Counted from the stretch's first letter, positions 13,001 to 25,502 are shown. The stretch: 64,000 nucleotides of DNA from Lingula anatina (GCA_051362555.1 CM120641.1:19096001-19160000), one strand, 5' to 3'. The notes: generated from the sequence alone by a model not told the origin. Numbers and translations: made by a program.

Positions 13001-16000
13001 CCGTAGCCAGGGGGGGGGGGGGGGGGGGGGTTAGAAAGAAAAGCACCCTTTGCTGGGAAAAGGTCCACTCTGGGTAAAATTTGATCTAGGTACATGAAGT
13101 TTTTATGGGAAAAGGTCCACTTTTTCAGAAAAAGAACCCCCCTTTTGAAATTCCTGGCTACGGGCCTGTACCATAACATACCTATTGCTTTCAGTCCTGC
13201 CTTGAAATCACCAGAGGTTTCACGATCTACTGAGTTCAGGATATCTCGCTGGGAAAGCTAATAAGTTTATTAAATACAGATCAATATTAATTTCAAACAG
13301 TGTTGTCCATTGTTTCTAAATTTATAAATAATACATATATAAATAAAAAACAATTACATGTATATATAACCCTAAGTACATATAATAATATATAATCTTT
13401 CTTTGATGTAGATATATTAATATATTCTACAAAACACTGAAATAATTCTTAACTTTTTGTATGCATTTTACTGCATTAAAAGCTACTGAAACATGCCTTA
13501 AATTCTAGTCAAATTATTGTAATTTAGTTTTGCTATTAAGATAAAAAAAATAATGCCTGGTTCTGCTGCCTAATTGTTTCAAATTGTTTCAGCTGGCAGG
13601 ACTGAACCCTGCTATAAATGTGATAGAAATAAAATATACTGGAGATGACATAACTTCTTATAGTAGGGAAATAAGATTCACTTCAAGTGCCTTATGAAGT
13701 AATTAATAAATCTTATAAAAAATAATAACCATGCCAAATTGTAATTATCCCTTAAGAGATTGCAAAACCACAAACGTTTAATGTGACTTTAGCTGACAAA
13801 AAAGATGAAAATAATTATAATCATAAAAAATATTTCAGAATAAGTGATACATTAGAAATTTGTTAAACGCACAATATTATTACCTTGACATATTCATCCC
13901 ATGTGTGTCTCAGTTCATAATAGTTCCTTACAGAAAAAATCCTGTTGAAAGCTTCTTCATCTGTACCCCATCTGTCCTCTCCAGCCTTATACAAAATTGC
14001 AGCATCTCTCTTACACTTATCAACATCCACAAGTTTGGAAAAGTTGATGCGGAACTGTCCAGTGGGTGCATCATCCAATAATATTTCTTCGACAGCATCC
14101 TCAGTAATTGTCAACTCATCACGATTTCCCTTCATGAAGAAATGCAAAAGGACTTATGATGTAATTGTTATTTATACTTTAATTTAAAGAACGAGTTGGA
14201 AAATATCTTACTACTAAATCTTTTGATGAAATAAATGCTTTTTGCTGTACAAACCTGGGCTGCTGAAATCAAAAGTCTCTTGAAGTCTCCACTTGTATCA
14301 TCAGTGATATCTTTTTCAAGCAAAGAGCCAGTCACCTTTCTGTTGGGGCTAGCAACTGAAAATACATACAGTGTCATGGTTGATCTTAACAGTGCTTTTG
14401 AATGGCAATGAAATATGCATTTGTCACTCTCTGCAATCATAATCTTTATATTTAACTATATAACTATAGCTATATTATAGAACTAATTGTTTATTATAAT
14501 TTTTCTCAAGCTTTATACTTACATATATTGGTGCAAATGAAATATGGCAGTAACATAAAAAGTGTCTTAATTTTTCTCAATATTTTGTCTGTCCAAAAAC
14601 TCGCATGTTAACCAACCCATAAAATATTTAAAAAAAAACATCAGAATTCATTTGCCAAAAATCTCAACATCTCCAGACTATCCCCCACCCTCCAAAAATG
14701 TTTTTATTAAAAAATACTTAAATGTTTATTATCCCATATACTTACCATCAGCATACACTGCCAGTATCTCCTTGATCTGTGGATTGGTTCTGGTCATCAG
14801 GATCTCAATAAGTGATGCCTCATCTGTACCCAGTCCCTGATATGACAAAAAAAAACAGGGGGCTAATTTAAAGGAGTGGTTTATAGGACTTTCATTGCCT
14901 TTTATATCTTCCATAATTCATATGGCATCTTTGTTTTTACTAAAAAAAGTCAACGTTATTAATCCAAGAATCTCCCTCCCATCCCCACCATATACTTGAT
15001 AAGGAACCATCAAGGACTAGTACCTGCACTGGTTCCATTTCTCTATTTGTGCTAATATGCATTTACTTGTGCCATTCAAAGATTTTTTTAGCAGCCTACT
15101 TGCAGAATATATACAGGTACTTACATAGATGGCCTCCTTAATGCTCCAAGCGTCATATTCAGCAGGTTTCACAAAACAAGCCATCACAGCCTCCCTGAAG
15201 TCACCACTTAATTCAGACTTAATATCTTCAATCAGATCCTAAGTGGAAAAAGAAATTATGAAAAGTTGCCTCAGGGACAATTCCCAGACCCTATCATGCT
15301 AACTGTGGATTGATCTCCAAGGGGATTCTTGCTAAATTGCAATCAACTAAAGCGGCTTAAGCTAGATGTCTGTCACACCTACTAGGGGGTAATTATCCTT
15401 TAGCAGCTTCAGAAGGTGTGCCAGAAATCTAAGCGGCTTAAGCGAGAAACCCCTTGGAGATGGATTGATCCTGTTAGATCGATCTAGGTATGGGAACCCA
15501 GTCTCAGTCTAGTGTTAGAATGCTGCAGGACTCCACTTCAATCAGCATAACATTTGAAAATTAATACCTTTTTTAGAAAATTGTTGGGATAATATCTCAT
15601 TGGACAAGGGCCTTTACAGCAATATTTCCAAATATCATAGTTAAATGAATAACCAAAATAATGAGTAACTTTCTTTCAACACATAAAATGGTTATGTGTA
15701 TTAAAGGAATGTATAGGGTTGTTCTATATCTTTTTAGCACCTGTGAGTAATTCAGTTTGTATTTCTACTGACAAAAGGATACTAATGTATTCATTTATAC
15801 ATCAAGTTATAAATGTGTATGTAATATACATGAGATTAAGGCAAAATTGTTGAAATTGTCAGGAAAATTTACCCATTTTCTATATGAGGTATAAGGATGG
15901 TTGTGTGCCTTTAACTGGTATTAGGATGTTCATGGATATGTACTTACTCTTCCGTACATGGTCTTGTACTTTAGCTTCAACTCCTGTCTTTGGGAGTTGC

Positions 16001-19000
16001 AACGAGTTGCTACAATATGGATAACAGCATCTTCATTTGTACCTGAAGAGAACACATTATCCTTGTTACTGCTGTTCCAAAAAATAAGAGTTCAACTTTA
16101 AGACTTTTAAGCCATTTACTAGTATTGACTAAATATAAAATACACTCGTCTAAAAAATTCTATAATAATTACTGTATTTGAAAAATGTTTAAGTCAAAGT
16201 CTTAAACAGCTCGAAACCATAGATATAATAAAGGGTCAATAAAAAAAATATTTTATGGGCAATTTCATGCAATTTGCATTTATTCAAGGCTGCTAGAATT
16301 TCATTACTCAAAATGCACAGACAGTTCTATGGTACATGGCATGCCTTAAACTATAAAATGGCACCCTGAAAACGATGGGAATTGGTCTTCAAAAAATGCT
16401 TTAATTAGATGTGTAAACCTGGCAATTTTGCTCATTACCTAGTCCCTTTAAGGCCTCTCTCAGGTATGCACAGTCATCCTCAGAACTCCATTTCTTTCCA
16501 GACACATCACCATAATCAGAAGATTTGGACCAAAGAACAACTGGGTCTTCGTTGTCACTTGGGTAGACCAGCATGGGCTTCACTGTGCCCTCAGTGGGGT
16601 CCAGGGTCCCAGACACTGCCAAGCACCGCTGCAATCCCTTTACAAACAGTGCCCTCAATTTCTCAGATAATTCTTTGTTATCAGCCAGCTTCTTACGGAC
16701 TTCTTCTTGCTGTTTCTTCATCTCTTCAAGTTCCTGCTTCAACCTCTCTTTCTAAAAAATTATGTACTTCCTTTAATATCATTTAGTACATATGTCATGT
16801 AAGACAAGAGCTTTGATTTTGTTTTCTGTGTACACACAGTTCTTTTACTGTAAATAACCCATATAAGCAAGAAAAGAAGCAAATTATAAGATATTATTAA
16901 ATGACTGAAATATACCCAGAGGGAAACTTTCAAACTTAATCAGTTGTAAAAAAGTATCAATATTCAAGACCATGCACAGAAGCTTGATTAGTTTGAAATA
17001 TATTTTTTTTTTTATGATCAAAAACAGATCATCTGTTACAATGCATTTTTGATACTTTTTCTGAATAAAAAGAGGCAAATTTGACATTTGGGAAAAATAT
17101 AAAAGCATTAGAAATACTATAGTGATCATAATTTTAACTATGATGGGTCCTCTGTGTCTTGTATCAATTATAATTCATCTATGTGCCTCAATAGGTTAAT
17201 AATTTAAAATCACATTTTTGCATTAATGTTAACTGTAAATGTTTAAACACTGTGGTTACCTCTGCATCTTCATCAACTGGTTCCTCATCTTCATCTTTCC
17301 ATTTTTTCTGAAAGCATTTGCATTAATACTTCTTATATTTTATTTGGTTATTTTCATGTAATAATAATAAAACTTTTTTACAAGGATCAATTAAATTATA
17401 ATTAAATCTAAAAATTAAAAACTTTAGTAGATAGTTGACTGTAACATATAGACTACTTCATATGAAGGAAAGGTAAACTCTTACTAGTACATTAAAATGA
17501 AACAGGCCCACATTCATTTACGTGACCTACTACTGATTATTTTTTGTCAAAATAGACTAAATTCTGGACTCATAGTTAAGCCCAGCTTTTAACCTTTATA
17601 AAATTGTCCCCAACAGAAACAAAAAGCATGTTTCATGAAAGAAGTAAATATATTAAACATACTGATTTTTGTTTTCTTCTGACTCTATGCTCATCTTCTT
17701 CAATCAAACCAGCCTGAAATAAATTCTCACATCATGCAATGCATATTTATATAAATATACCTGAACGATTAACTATTCAGAATTTCTGAAAGTTCACTTG
17801 CTGGATAGTCTTCGCATAAAAAACATTAATGTCAACAGTATTTTCAGAGGTTCATCAGTCTGAAGTTTCAAAATCTATTGCCATATCCTAAGATAATGCT
17901 GGAAAAGAATCTGTTTTATCAATGTTTGCCTAATTTATTTTCAGGCCAATTCAAATTCCCAAAGAGGGACTGCAGACCACAAATCTTTCATACCAATTAC
18001 TGGTATCTTGTAAAAACTTTTTCATTTTTTATACTACAAAATAATTAACCTTCTAACCAGTGAACCCCAGATGTAAATGAAATGTTAGGACATACCCACT
18101 ATGTCTATGCACATTCATCCAACTTTTCAGGAACCATTAATTATATTTTGTGCAAACATATGATTATCTTCAGGTATAATACAAACTAAACACAAATAAA
18201 ATTTCACTTTTCATAATTAATTTCACTGTAAAAAAAGAAGAATATAAAACTAGAACGTACTCCAAAAGAGTACAGATCGATCAGTCTGCCACAAAAAGGC
18301 AATAAAAACTCTTTTACACATACTAACAGACATACCAACACCAAATTAAAAAATAACCTCCTGCAGAATATATATAACTTTTACCTCTATCTGCATTTCA
18401 TGCGACATACTGAACATGCCCGCATTGCTCAGTTGTTGGTTGTAAGCTCTGGCTTGCATTGATGGGGGGATTTGCATAGGAGCCTGAGGAGCAGCACCCT
18501 ATAACATATACAACATATATCCACTATTAAATCTTACCACTTATCTTAAAATCATTTCTGCTTGTATTCTGATATTGACAGTTAAAATCAAACAATGAGT
18601 GTTGGATACCATGGGTATTTATATAGCCAAAAAATGTAATTATTCCAGATAATTAAAGAATTACAAAATGTTGAATGGCTCACACTGTAATTTTGTATAC
18701 TGTCTACTATTTTAGCAGCCCCTGATAACAGAGGGTATAAATTTACCTGTATCTGCTGAGACTGTCCCTGCTGATAGTTTCGCTGATATTGATGCTGGTA
18801 TTGTTGCTGAATGTGCTGCACATGCTGCTGTGTGGCTTGGTGACCCCCTGGGTTATGAAAATTAAGGTAACAATCAAATAAAATCAAAGAAAAGGGACTG
18901 AAATTTGTAGTTTAGCAGTGGTGCATTTGCATCTACCGTGTATGTCATATAACTTCATGGGGCCATTTACCAAGATGCTAAATATTTGTAAACTTAATGA

Positions 19001-19600
19001 GGCACACATATGGCAATTAATTTTAATTTCATTATCCTGGTGATTTCAACTCATTTCCCTTAATCAACAATACACAAAACTGTTTACATAATTGTAACCT
19101 ACATGTATATAGCTGTTTTTGCATTCCAAGTTGCTATAGTTTTAAAATCATTCTCAGATGGAGATACAAATTTAAAGACTAGTGAATTTCACTTTTTATG
19201 GTAAAATTTGGTTTTGAATAGGGTATATATCTTGGTGATGATTGAAAAATTACTGACACTACATGTAGCTTCCAAATACTATTAAATTCTTTTTTTTCTT
19301 CTTTTTTTTCTATACAAATAGCTAACACATATTGTACCTTTAACAATTCTGTGAAAAAAAAGAGATCATAAAAGATCATAAAATGTTATAAAGTTGATGT
19401 TATTATTGATTATATGGAAGATGAAAACATTTTGATCTATTTCTTGACAGTATTGTAATAGGTAATGGGCAGTTGTCACCAGGCTTTCTCTTCTTTCTCT
19501 TATACACTATCAAGACCAAAAAAATGATTACAAGCAACTGTTGATAAGTGCTGGTTTTATCACAGGGGAGGTTAAGTTTTATATATATCAATCTCAACTT

Positions 19601-19658
<58 letters not shown>

Positions 19659-22014
19659 TATGATATTCATAATTGAGTAACCTAATAGTCATAAATAAAT
19701 GAATATTAATAAATAAACGAATTCAAAACTTACCTTGAAAATTTGACATTTGGAACATATTGTTCTGAGGTCCTGCTTGCATACCAAACTGAGGAAGGTT
19801 ATTCACATTGAAAGCACTATCTAAAAATATAAAGATGAGCATTTTGCTATAAAAAAATTAGCAGTGACAACTTTTTGGTAATGTATGATGGTTTTAACCA
19901 GAAAGAGGATATGGAAAATTGAAATAAAACTGAAAGTACATTCAAGAATATCTTTCAAACTACTGGATTTACATATGATAAAAAATGTTTTATAATTGCA
20001 ATGATACTACATTGCTTACATGAACTGTTAAAATGGCATGCTCAGTATGTTGCTGACATTCAATAAAAAATAGTAATAATAACATTAATACAGAAAAGAT
20101 AAAACAACTGCTGTTGTGTACAGTAATGCTACCTAGGCATCCTCATTATGCCTGCCTCTGCCACATGTCATGAGTTCTAAGAATTTTTTTTTATCACAAA
20201 GAAGAAGCAAAATGTGTACAAATAATATTCCAGCAATTCAATGAATATAAAGCAGAATTAGAGTAATTCTTTAAGACTTTACTCAACAAATTAATTAAGT
20301 TATTGTACAGGGTCGTTGGTTGCCTATGATCCCTATCTAGACCACTATTAAAAAGATTACTAATTCAAAATTGGATTTAGTCAATTTAAAAACAGACCAA
20401 GTAAGTAACAAAATAAGTAAATAAGTATAAGCAAAAGTATAAATTAATATAATATGATGTAGACTATGCCCGTCTGTATATCTATCTGCCTGACTTTTTG
20501 TCTGTCCATATTAATTCTTTTCCGTACATGCACAAGTAATACTACAGGCTAGGGTGTATGATGACCTTTTATCCGTCTGATTAATTTTTTGTTTATGAAC
20601 CTGTCTGCATGTACATGACAATGCTACATGAAATAGTACATAACCATGATTGCTCAACATTTATCACAAAATGAAATTTGAAATAAGTACAGAACATTTT
20701 TTCAAATTATGACCTTAGCTTCATTGAGCAACTGACTGCTGTGCATGTTTATTTTGCACGTGTATAACTTCTTACCCATCATGGCTCCCATCGTTCCTGC
20801 AGGATCATGAAATGAGAAAAGTATTATAAATAAAAAAGAATCATTAGAAATTAGAATTTCATTAATTTTTGAAATTATTTTCTAAGCATAAGTTTATTTG
20901 ACTGAAACAACAAATAAAATGCCAGACATGCGGAAAACTTATGAGGTACTGAAGGTCAAGCAGATCTGCACTTCAAGAAATCTACAGGTCCTCCTACAGA
21001 ATAATTCTGTGCATGTCCATTAGTCAGTGTTTACATATGACTCATTTTATGTCTTATATTCCATCAGTTTCCCTGTGTCTTACAATGCATGGTGAGAATG
21101 AGGATGTGTATACGTGCATGTGTGCTTGCCTGCTCACATATCGGTATTTTTGCATATGTGTAGTCGAGAATCCACTTTGTAAATGTAAATACAAAAAATT
21201 CCTTTTGTGCATGATTTGATTATTTGTGTGAATTGTATGCTTGAAAAGACAAATAACATACCCATCATGCCTGACATGCCCATGCCTCCCATGCCCATGC
21301 CTCCCATGTTCATGCCTCCCATGCCCATGCCTCCCATGCTCATGCCTCCCATGCCGCCCATGCCTCCCATGCCACCCATGCCTCCAAATGGAGCTGAAAT
21401 AAAAAAAAAACAATAATAATAAAATAAAGAGTACATTTAAAATGTCATCTATCTGCCCAAAGGGTTTGTTAACTGAATATTTGTATAATATATCATACAT
21501 CTCTACATTCATATGTTAACATTTTGTATAAAGAATTAGGCTTTGAGAAAAAACTTAATTTAATACAAAAGTTATAAAGCAGTAATAATTTACTCTAGTA
21601 TATCATTTCTTTTTATAAAAATTAGCTATGTTAATTAAATCACAAATAAAAATGAAGGCCTTTAATTGAAAAATTTATTACAAGAATTGTCAGAATTAAT
21701 TTCCTCATAAAGGGAATCTAAACTGTAAGAGAGATTGAACCTACCACCCATCATTCCTCTGCCAGGAGGTGGAGGGGGGCCAGAACTTGGTGGATATGCC
21801 ATGTCACCTGCCATGCCACCAGGTTGTGGATAGTTACTCTAAATTATACATACACAAATACGTGTAGACATGTGTTTTTATATACTCAAATAACTCTACA
21901 CTGTTCTAGAAAATCAATTAAATATTGAGAAAATTTTATCCATATTCAATATCAGATGTTTTGTTATAATATATATGTCTGCCTTATATGAAAAATTATA
22001 CATACCCCATACAT
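4084..22014 (-). CDS. Annexin with long low-complexity N-terminus (ANXA7/ANXA11-like architecture), ~643 aa, 18 coding exons
   Basis: Phase-consistent exons: 22006-22014 (MYG, least certain), 21745-21838, 21262-21393, 20776-20796, 19734-19820, 18747-18847, 18385-18498, 17663-17713, 17260-17307, 16439-16751, 15948-16042, 15125-15238, 14746-14836, 14255-14355, 13884-14129, 13182-13257, 4365-4477, 4084-4209 (TAA); total 1932 nt. Four annexin repeats with GxGT(D/N)(E/D) loops ([32 protein letters not shown]) and ELSGD/DTSGD/ETSGD/DCSGD motifs. Confidence 0.93.
4519..5674 (-). repeat. 3' LTR (1156 bp)
   Basis: Matches 11388-12544; the only difference I saw is A5 vs A6 in GACTAAAAA(A)C near 5504/12373; abuts the PPT. 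Confidence 0.97.
5675..5684 (-). other. Polypurine tract
   Basis: Minus strand GGGGGGAGAA immediately upstream of the 3' LTR start TGTAAG. Confidence 0.9.
6011..10345 (-). CDS. pol: Pol polyprotein (protease, RT, RNase H, integrase), reached by -1 frameshift from gag
   Basis: Uninterrupted ORF 6011-10390: [10 protein letters not shown] (aspartic protease), [11 protein letters not shown] and YLDD (RT), HVDAS...ELALKWA...DNNPL-type RNase H motifs, HVKHGH...CKC zinc finger and SIDF/HHDQG/ERMNRT DDE integrase. Confidence 0.96.
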   Translation of the reverse strand, partial: GKRKRVVSGGTQMTPPPDVPNRLSVNELKGEVTGLSPGNRRRLVNLVGRECVLKVNLADQPVDVLWDTGAQVSLVDMSTLHLLGLPAGAVKPLDEVYAPVRLASASGEEIPYQGYVDLPLCFGDGAPVQVPFLVVDSVSLPRPILGFNVIESLCALNGQQKFSQTFSNICKDVEVDGGRLAQVLADNKRGMVCRVTVGSQKLIIPPNSSRVIKTKARTGVLSTENFRCLFMPQENFIDQGLFSESLIDVQHPSHVRIAVSNNSSRKVIIPKKTTIGQLHMVNSVVPVGEPGLDEATTHEEAEKSSLAVDWSLFSSQEKGKIQELLRKHHEVFAKSEDDIGCIPDLKLSIHLTDKVPVRIAYRSIPQALYDEVKDYLQNLMSKGFVRKSTSAYASPLVCARKKDGTLRLCVDYRKVNEKSVADSRPLPKIQDALDGLGGSCWFSVLDQGKAYHQGMVAEESKPYTAFITPWGLYEWERIPFGLSGAPAAFQNFMNECLEGLRDKICLPYLDDILVYSKSFSEHIQHLEQVFQRLREKGVKLKPAKCLLFRREVRYLGHLVTSEGYTLDPEDKTAVRKLKEQKPTNVGEVRQMLGFLGYYRKFIPDFARRAKILYDLLKVEKSPGGKPQKKKKKPMKGQPSPAQQVAWTTGHQEALSDLVDCLLSPPVMAYPEFDKPFSLHVDASGEGLGAILYQEGADSKSRVVAYASRTLSPAEQNYHFHSGKLEFLALKWAVTERFRDYLYYAPHFTVYSDNNPLSYILTTPRLDVTRLRWVGELSDFTFTVKYKPGLLNRDADGLSRMPLDFNQVMMQFTEESDPTEVQAVAKMVTVRSQEDSPFIPTAVNVNMVCNDRDWLPEYLHHQSTGEVQRISKTSLRIAQEQDSCIGPVKRQVELGEKPNRKSTKHLPSESKTLLRGWEKLTVGEDGILRRVTRCTSGIRRHQVVLPKEFHQIVLEELHVKHGHLGTDKVLSLAQDRFYWPHMAGYIDHFVKHQCKCLKDKAPSRKPVAPLQPIETTYPFEMISIDFLHLETCKGGYQYILVVVDHFTRFAAAYATTNKSGRTAADKIFNDYVLRFGFPDRIHHDQGREFENEFFQRLQHLTNVKSSRTTPYHPQGNGQCERMNRTLLGMLRTMSQQHKSDWKNHLNKMTHAYNCTKNDSTGYSPFFLVFGRRPRLPIDLIFGLEGEPHYTSKSEYVKKWAARMEEAYRIAGQRAKKQGEVARKYYNQKPASAALLPGDRVLVRNLTERGGPGKLRSYWEEEVHVVARRINDSPVYEVSSERGNGKIRRLHRNLLLQCNELPLSCPDAKRPRLKRMTPRKQRPQLSPSSHSDDSDSDDFTLVKRTQPSITAAPANTLNPMAEPFVPVPELEHSGNFLETEESGLDVNEQSEVEEQTPETSGETRRRPKRVVKPPERLTYDKMGGPNHYAGMRQILATGIRLWRPWA
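10286..10345 (-). promoter_or_regulatory. -1 programmed ribosomal frameshift signal (G GGA AAC) plus predicted H-type pseudoknot
   Basis: Slippery heptamer at 10339-10345 in the gag frame (CAG GGA AAC) shifts into the pol frame (GGG AAA CGG); 6-nt spacer; stem 1 10324-10332/10303-10311; stem 2 10313-10319/10286-10292. Confidence 0.8.
10306..11304 (-). CDS. gag: Gag polyprotein
   Basis: ORF upstream of and overlapping pol; first ATG after the PBS at 11304 (MAESDVEE); helical capsid-like body, coiled coil, Cys-rich C-terminus [27 protein letters not shown]. Confidence 0.9.
   Translation of the reverse strand: MAESDVEEKYKAMIKDTERRHQEEMKHLKTEFQEMMREVSSTSRSTKTSLRKEFKIHGVIDTKNGLPFSSLARQIENGLQKGYEEVEIVDGIIRAVPTSCGLRNYLEGRQGLRLTKIRHILRSYYKEKSATELFAELGQLVQQPTEETTDFLLRALDVRQKILFASRESDACVTFTDVQVDNLFKRGFETGLRSDSIRGEVKKILEVRAFDEEALIEEISVLTKREEERASKMAKDRRTRVAAVVGEDTGREGKPGREDALAAEVKQLRAEIAELKRNMTKQPSEPKKLRGCRVCQQAKRKCNHCWDCGSSDQFRAGCRQGNGRESSQGGRR
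11365..11384 (-). other. Primer-binding site for tRNA-Pro
   Basis: Minus strand TGGGGGCTCGTCCGGGAT(TT), 3 nt downstream of the 5' LTR; complementary to the tRNA-Pro 3' end (same as the MLV PBS). Confidence 0.95.
11388..12544 (-). repeat. 5' LTR (1157 bp)
   Basis: Direct repeat of 4519-5674; contains CRE TGACGTCA (12441-12448), CCAAT/ATTGG (12396-12410) and minus-strand AATACA (11476-11481). Confidence 0.97.
12996..13168. mobile_element. MITE with 16-bp TIRs and 5-bp TSD
   Basis: CAGGCCCGTAGCCAGG...CCTGGCTACGGGCCTG, flanked by TACCA on both sides (12991-12995, 13169-13173); internal poly-G and a repeated AAAAGGTCCAC. Confidence 0.88.
15281..15496. mobile_element. Degenerate foldback/MITE remnant in an annexin intron
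   Basis: Nested inverted matches: TTCCCAGACC/GGTATGGGAA, ATCTCCAAGGGG/CCCCTTGGAGAT, AGATGTCTGTCACACCT/AGGTGTGCCAGAAATCT. No clear TSD. Confidence 0.55.
19603..19656. repeat. (AC)n microsatellite
   Basis: Direct reading. Confidence 0.95.
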
Positions 22015-22466
22015 TCTGTGTGTGATGTTATAACAGCAATGCTATATGACACACTTGCTTCCTACAACTTAAAGAAAAATGACAAAATTATGATATAATG
22101 AATAATAAGTAATATCCATTTCTTTTACAACAGATATATTATGTCCTGGGCTTACATTTCAGTAGGCTGCTGTGATATTTAGTTAGGTCTGTCTTGGCGT
22201 ACATTAAGAGGCTTTTTTTTATAATTCTGAAAAAAAAAAAAAACAGAAACATGTGAGAATTAATGTGGTTTATGGAGTAAGCCATATTAGTGTAATTTAT
22301 TAAGTCTATATATGTGATCGAGGTATCACCTACCAGTATAGCGGTATCAGATTATTTATATTTAAGATAATCACTTTTTTAAGTGAAATTATGGAATCAA
22401 AGCAGTAATTTAAGTTACACAAATACTAGTATCATATAGGCCATGGCACATGTATAGTGGTAGAAT

Positions 22467-22564
22467 AGTATTAGCATGAAAATTCATGCATTAGCACAGA
22501 CAGTACATATCAAAATCGTCAATATATAGAGGTGCTAACGCATGAATTTTCATGCTAGAATACT
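22467..22564. repeat. Short inverted repeat (MITE-like)
   Basis: TAGCATGAAAATTCATGCATTAGCAC ... GTGCTAACGCATGAATTTTCATGCTA; a similar motif GCATGAATTTTCGTGCTA occurs at ~1495. Confidence 0.6.
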
Positions 22565-22682
22565 GTAGTATAAGGTATTGTTTTCTCATAATTCACTTCA
22601 GATCAGTGGTTTTTATGTTCTGATTGCAATGTCATATATCACAATATATTGAGGTCATCAAAGCAGAACACACACACGCACG

Positions 22683-22713
<31 letters not shown>

Positions 22714-23494
22714 GATACCCGTTAACTTTTAAGCAAACGCTGACATGCACTGAAGTTATGATAGGATAGTCAATCAGAGAAGATAGATAGAAACTCTATA
22801 TTAGGAGCCAGTATCCTTGAAGACAAGAAATCAGCTATAAAAAAACGACCGCATGCATCTTTATTACACACTGCAATATCTTACTGCAGGCTGTATTTTT
22901 CATCCCTAACAACGATAAACAAGTGTGATACCTTGACTGGTTCTGTATTCACAACTTCAGCAAGATAGGTCATAATAATTATATTCATGAGTCAAAGGGT
23001 AAAATTATGACATTTTCATAAGTGGTTCTGGGGTTGCATTCATATTTGGGTCAATAATTTCTTGCGTAAATTATATACTTCATCGGTGGATAATGTCGTC
23101 CTCGTGTTTTCTCAAAACCGTGATTGGTCCCGCAAATTTACTCTAGAAAACAACCAGTATTAAGGTCCGACGTTTCTAATCAACAGCTTGCTAATTCATA
23201 GTATAGCAAATAAGACCGCGTTTGCCAACACTGACTAGAACAAAATTTGGCCAAAAAAAGTTTTATACACGAATTAATTCCACCAAATTCGCACGCGCCA
23301 CTGGATGTTTACTTTAAGTTATAGCAACCGACGGGCCGCAACCGACCGATGCTGTCAAGATCAGAACAAACATGCGTGCACTGCGAAAATTGGTTGTTTT
23401 TCTCTTTATAAATATCGGGAGTCACTTCTGAAACAATATTTCAAATATGTTTGGTTTTGGCAACTATTTCTATTTTCCAGTAAAAGTGAAAATA

Positions 23495-23550
23495 CATTTA
23501 CCTGTGTGTATCACTGCCCTGAAGATTAAATCGATGGCGCATGCGCACGA
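23495..23550 (-). promoter_or_regulatory. Candidate annexin first non-coding exon donor and NRF1-like promoter motif
   Basis: Minus-strand CAG|GTAAAT donor near 23500; palindrome GCGCATGCGC at ~23537-23546 in a locally CpG-enriched stretch. Assignment to the annexin is inference. Confidence 0.4.
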
Positions 23551-24561
23551 ACTCAACAAATAAAAAATACAACCTTAGAAGTCGAAACAGAGGGGCCGCA
23601 GGCTCGTTTTGGGAAAAAAAGGACAAGTCAAATGGAAAACGTTTTCCATGACCTATTACTGATACCGTGTAGGCCCTGGCTAATTTCGCCCCAAAGGCTC
23701 TTCAGGGGCGTAAACAGAAATGATACACATATATGTGGCAACAAAATAAATAAAATCTTGATGATACAATAGAAGCCGAGTGGGGAAAAGAATAATTTTT
23801 TTGTACAGCCAGAAATATTAATTATTACATGGACCTAACTAGAGATCCTCTCTAATTAGGTCCATGATTATTATAATTAAAAAAATGACGACCCACTAAA
23901 AGCTTGCCGTACGTCTTATATATGTATCCGCTAATAGACACTGGATAGATTCCCCGTGAAATTATTCCAGTGGGTTGGCCATATTTGATCCTTGGACTAG
24001 TTAGTCCACTGTTCTGAATGCGGACAATGAGAAAAATGTGATCAATACCATGGAAAACATTTACCTTGAAAGATTTGATATCAAAAATATAAGCATCCCA
24101 TGAAAAGTATGTGCAATGAAAGATGTGAGAATAGTTAGAGTAAAAATCGAGCGAGCAACCCGGGCCCATGAGAAGTGATGGAGTTCAAGTGATGCGGAGA
24201 GCCGGCTGCGACAACCAAGCTGTTGTTTTCTTTTCCATTATTGTTTATTTTTTAATGAAAGCCTCACTAAAATCTTTATAATTAAGGTATCAAAGCTATA
24301 TATATATATATATAGCTATTTGCATATACCATGGTAGCTATTTGCAGAAAATGAATTTTAAAAGTATTGTTTTCAAATAAGGACATCAGACTAAATATCA
24401 CAATATATAGGCCTACAAAGTATGATATATTTAAAAAAATGTATATTTTTCTGTCATAAATCACTTTGAATTTTTAAACAAAATGTTTGGAAAGATGCTA
24501 TAAAACTTGTTAACTTTACATCCACATTTTATTTCTACCTAACTGTAAGGTATGTAATAAT

Positions 24562-24732
24562 AAAGGAGTTATAAAACTCCTTGATATAATCAGGGAATTA
24601 TATCGGATATAATTCCCTGATATAATTTAAAAACCTGTAAAGTTGTATTCTGAATAAACAATAGTGATGCCGAATTGCTTAGGGTTATTTCGTGTTTCGT
24701 TCAAGCAAGGAGTTATAACTCCTTGGTTCAAG
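24562..24732. mobile_element. Three short palindromic transposon footprints with 7-bp direct flanks
   Basis: ATATAAT-[CAGGGAATTATATC G GATATAATTCCCTG, 24591-24619]-ATATAAT; GTTCAAG-[CAAGGAGTTATAACTCCTTG, 24706-24725]-GTTCAAG; plus AAGGAGTTATAAAACTCCTT at 24563-24582. Confidence 0.7.
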
Positions 24733-25502
24733 CAATGTGTCTCTACGATTTAGCTGGTGTATTTAGGCCTACATAAACCCTCTGTAAAACGGCTATCTAC
24801 TTTAGCGCAAACCTACTATTATTAGCGGTGGGATGCAAGTGATATTGTTTTGAGTTTAGCGTGTAAGCGAACTTATTGTTGGTTGGTAATCCGCATTAAC
24901 ATCATTAATAATGATTGATATAAGGCATGTGTAAGGATTCGAATCTACTAAAAAATCTAAGAAAGCTTTCATCTTTTGTCACAGACACCAACGTACTGAT
25001 GAATCAGAGCGTGGCTTGTCCTGGAGGCTATTAGACGAATATTATCGAACAAGAGTGTATTTCCCTTTTATATTCTAGTTACAAAGCTATTTTGCACTAT
25101 AACTAGGAATTAAAAATGAGAGTTGCAAAAATAAGTATCTGAAAGGGAGCTACTGGTGAAAAAGCTGGCTTTTTGTGAATGCATGCCACAACAGAGGCTA
25201 TTTTTATGGACAACCAGTTATCTTGCTTTCAACGTGAAGAAAAAGGACTGCAACAGACTTCAACCTGTTCTTTGATACTAATGTAGTAAGTCATCGATAG
25301 GGAACACTGCATAAACACCTGAAAAAATGTTATAAATTAGAAAGAAACAATACAAGTGAAGATGCTGTGAGATTAAATAATAGGAAAGAAGAAAAGTGAA
25401 CATATCCTGGAGTTCGTCTTGTGAAAAGGATTGAAGTGGCAAACACTGGAGAAAATCACTCAAATGCTAGTATTTTTAGTGAAAAAATGAATTGTATACG
25501 AC

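Noticed and set aside
21054-21512. His/Gly/Arg-rich and Met/Pro-rich ORFs
   Set aside because: Alternative frames and antisense of the annexin GGM exon.
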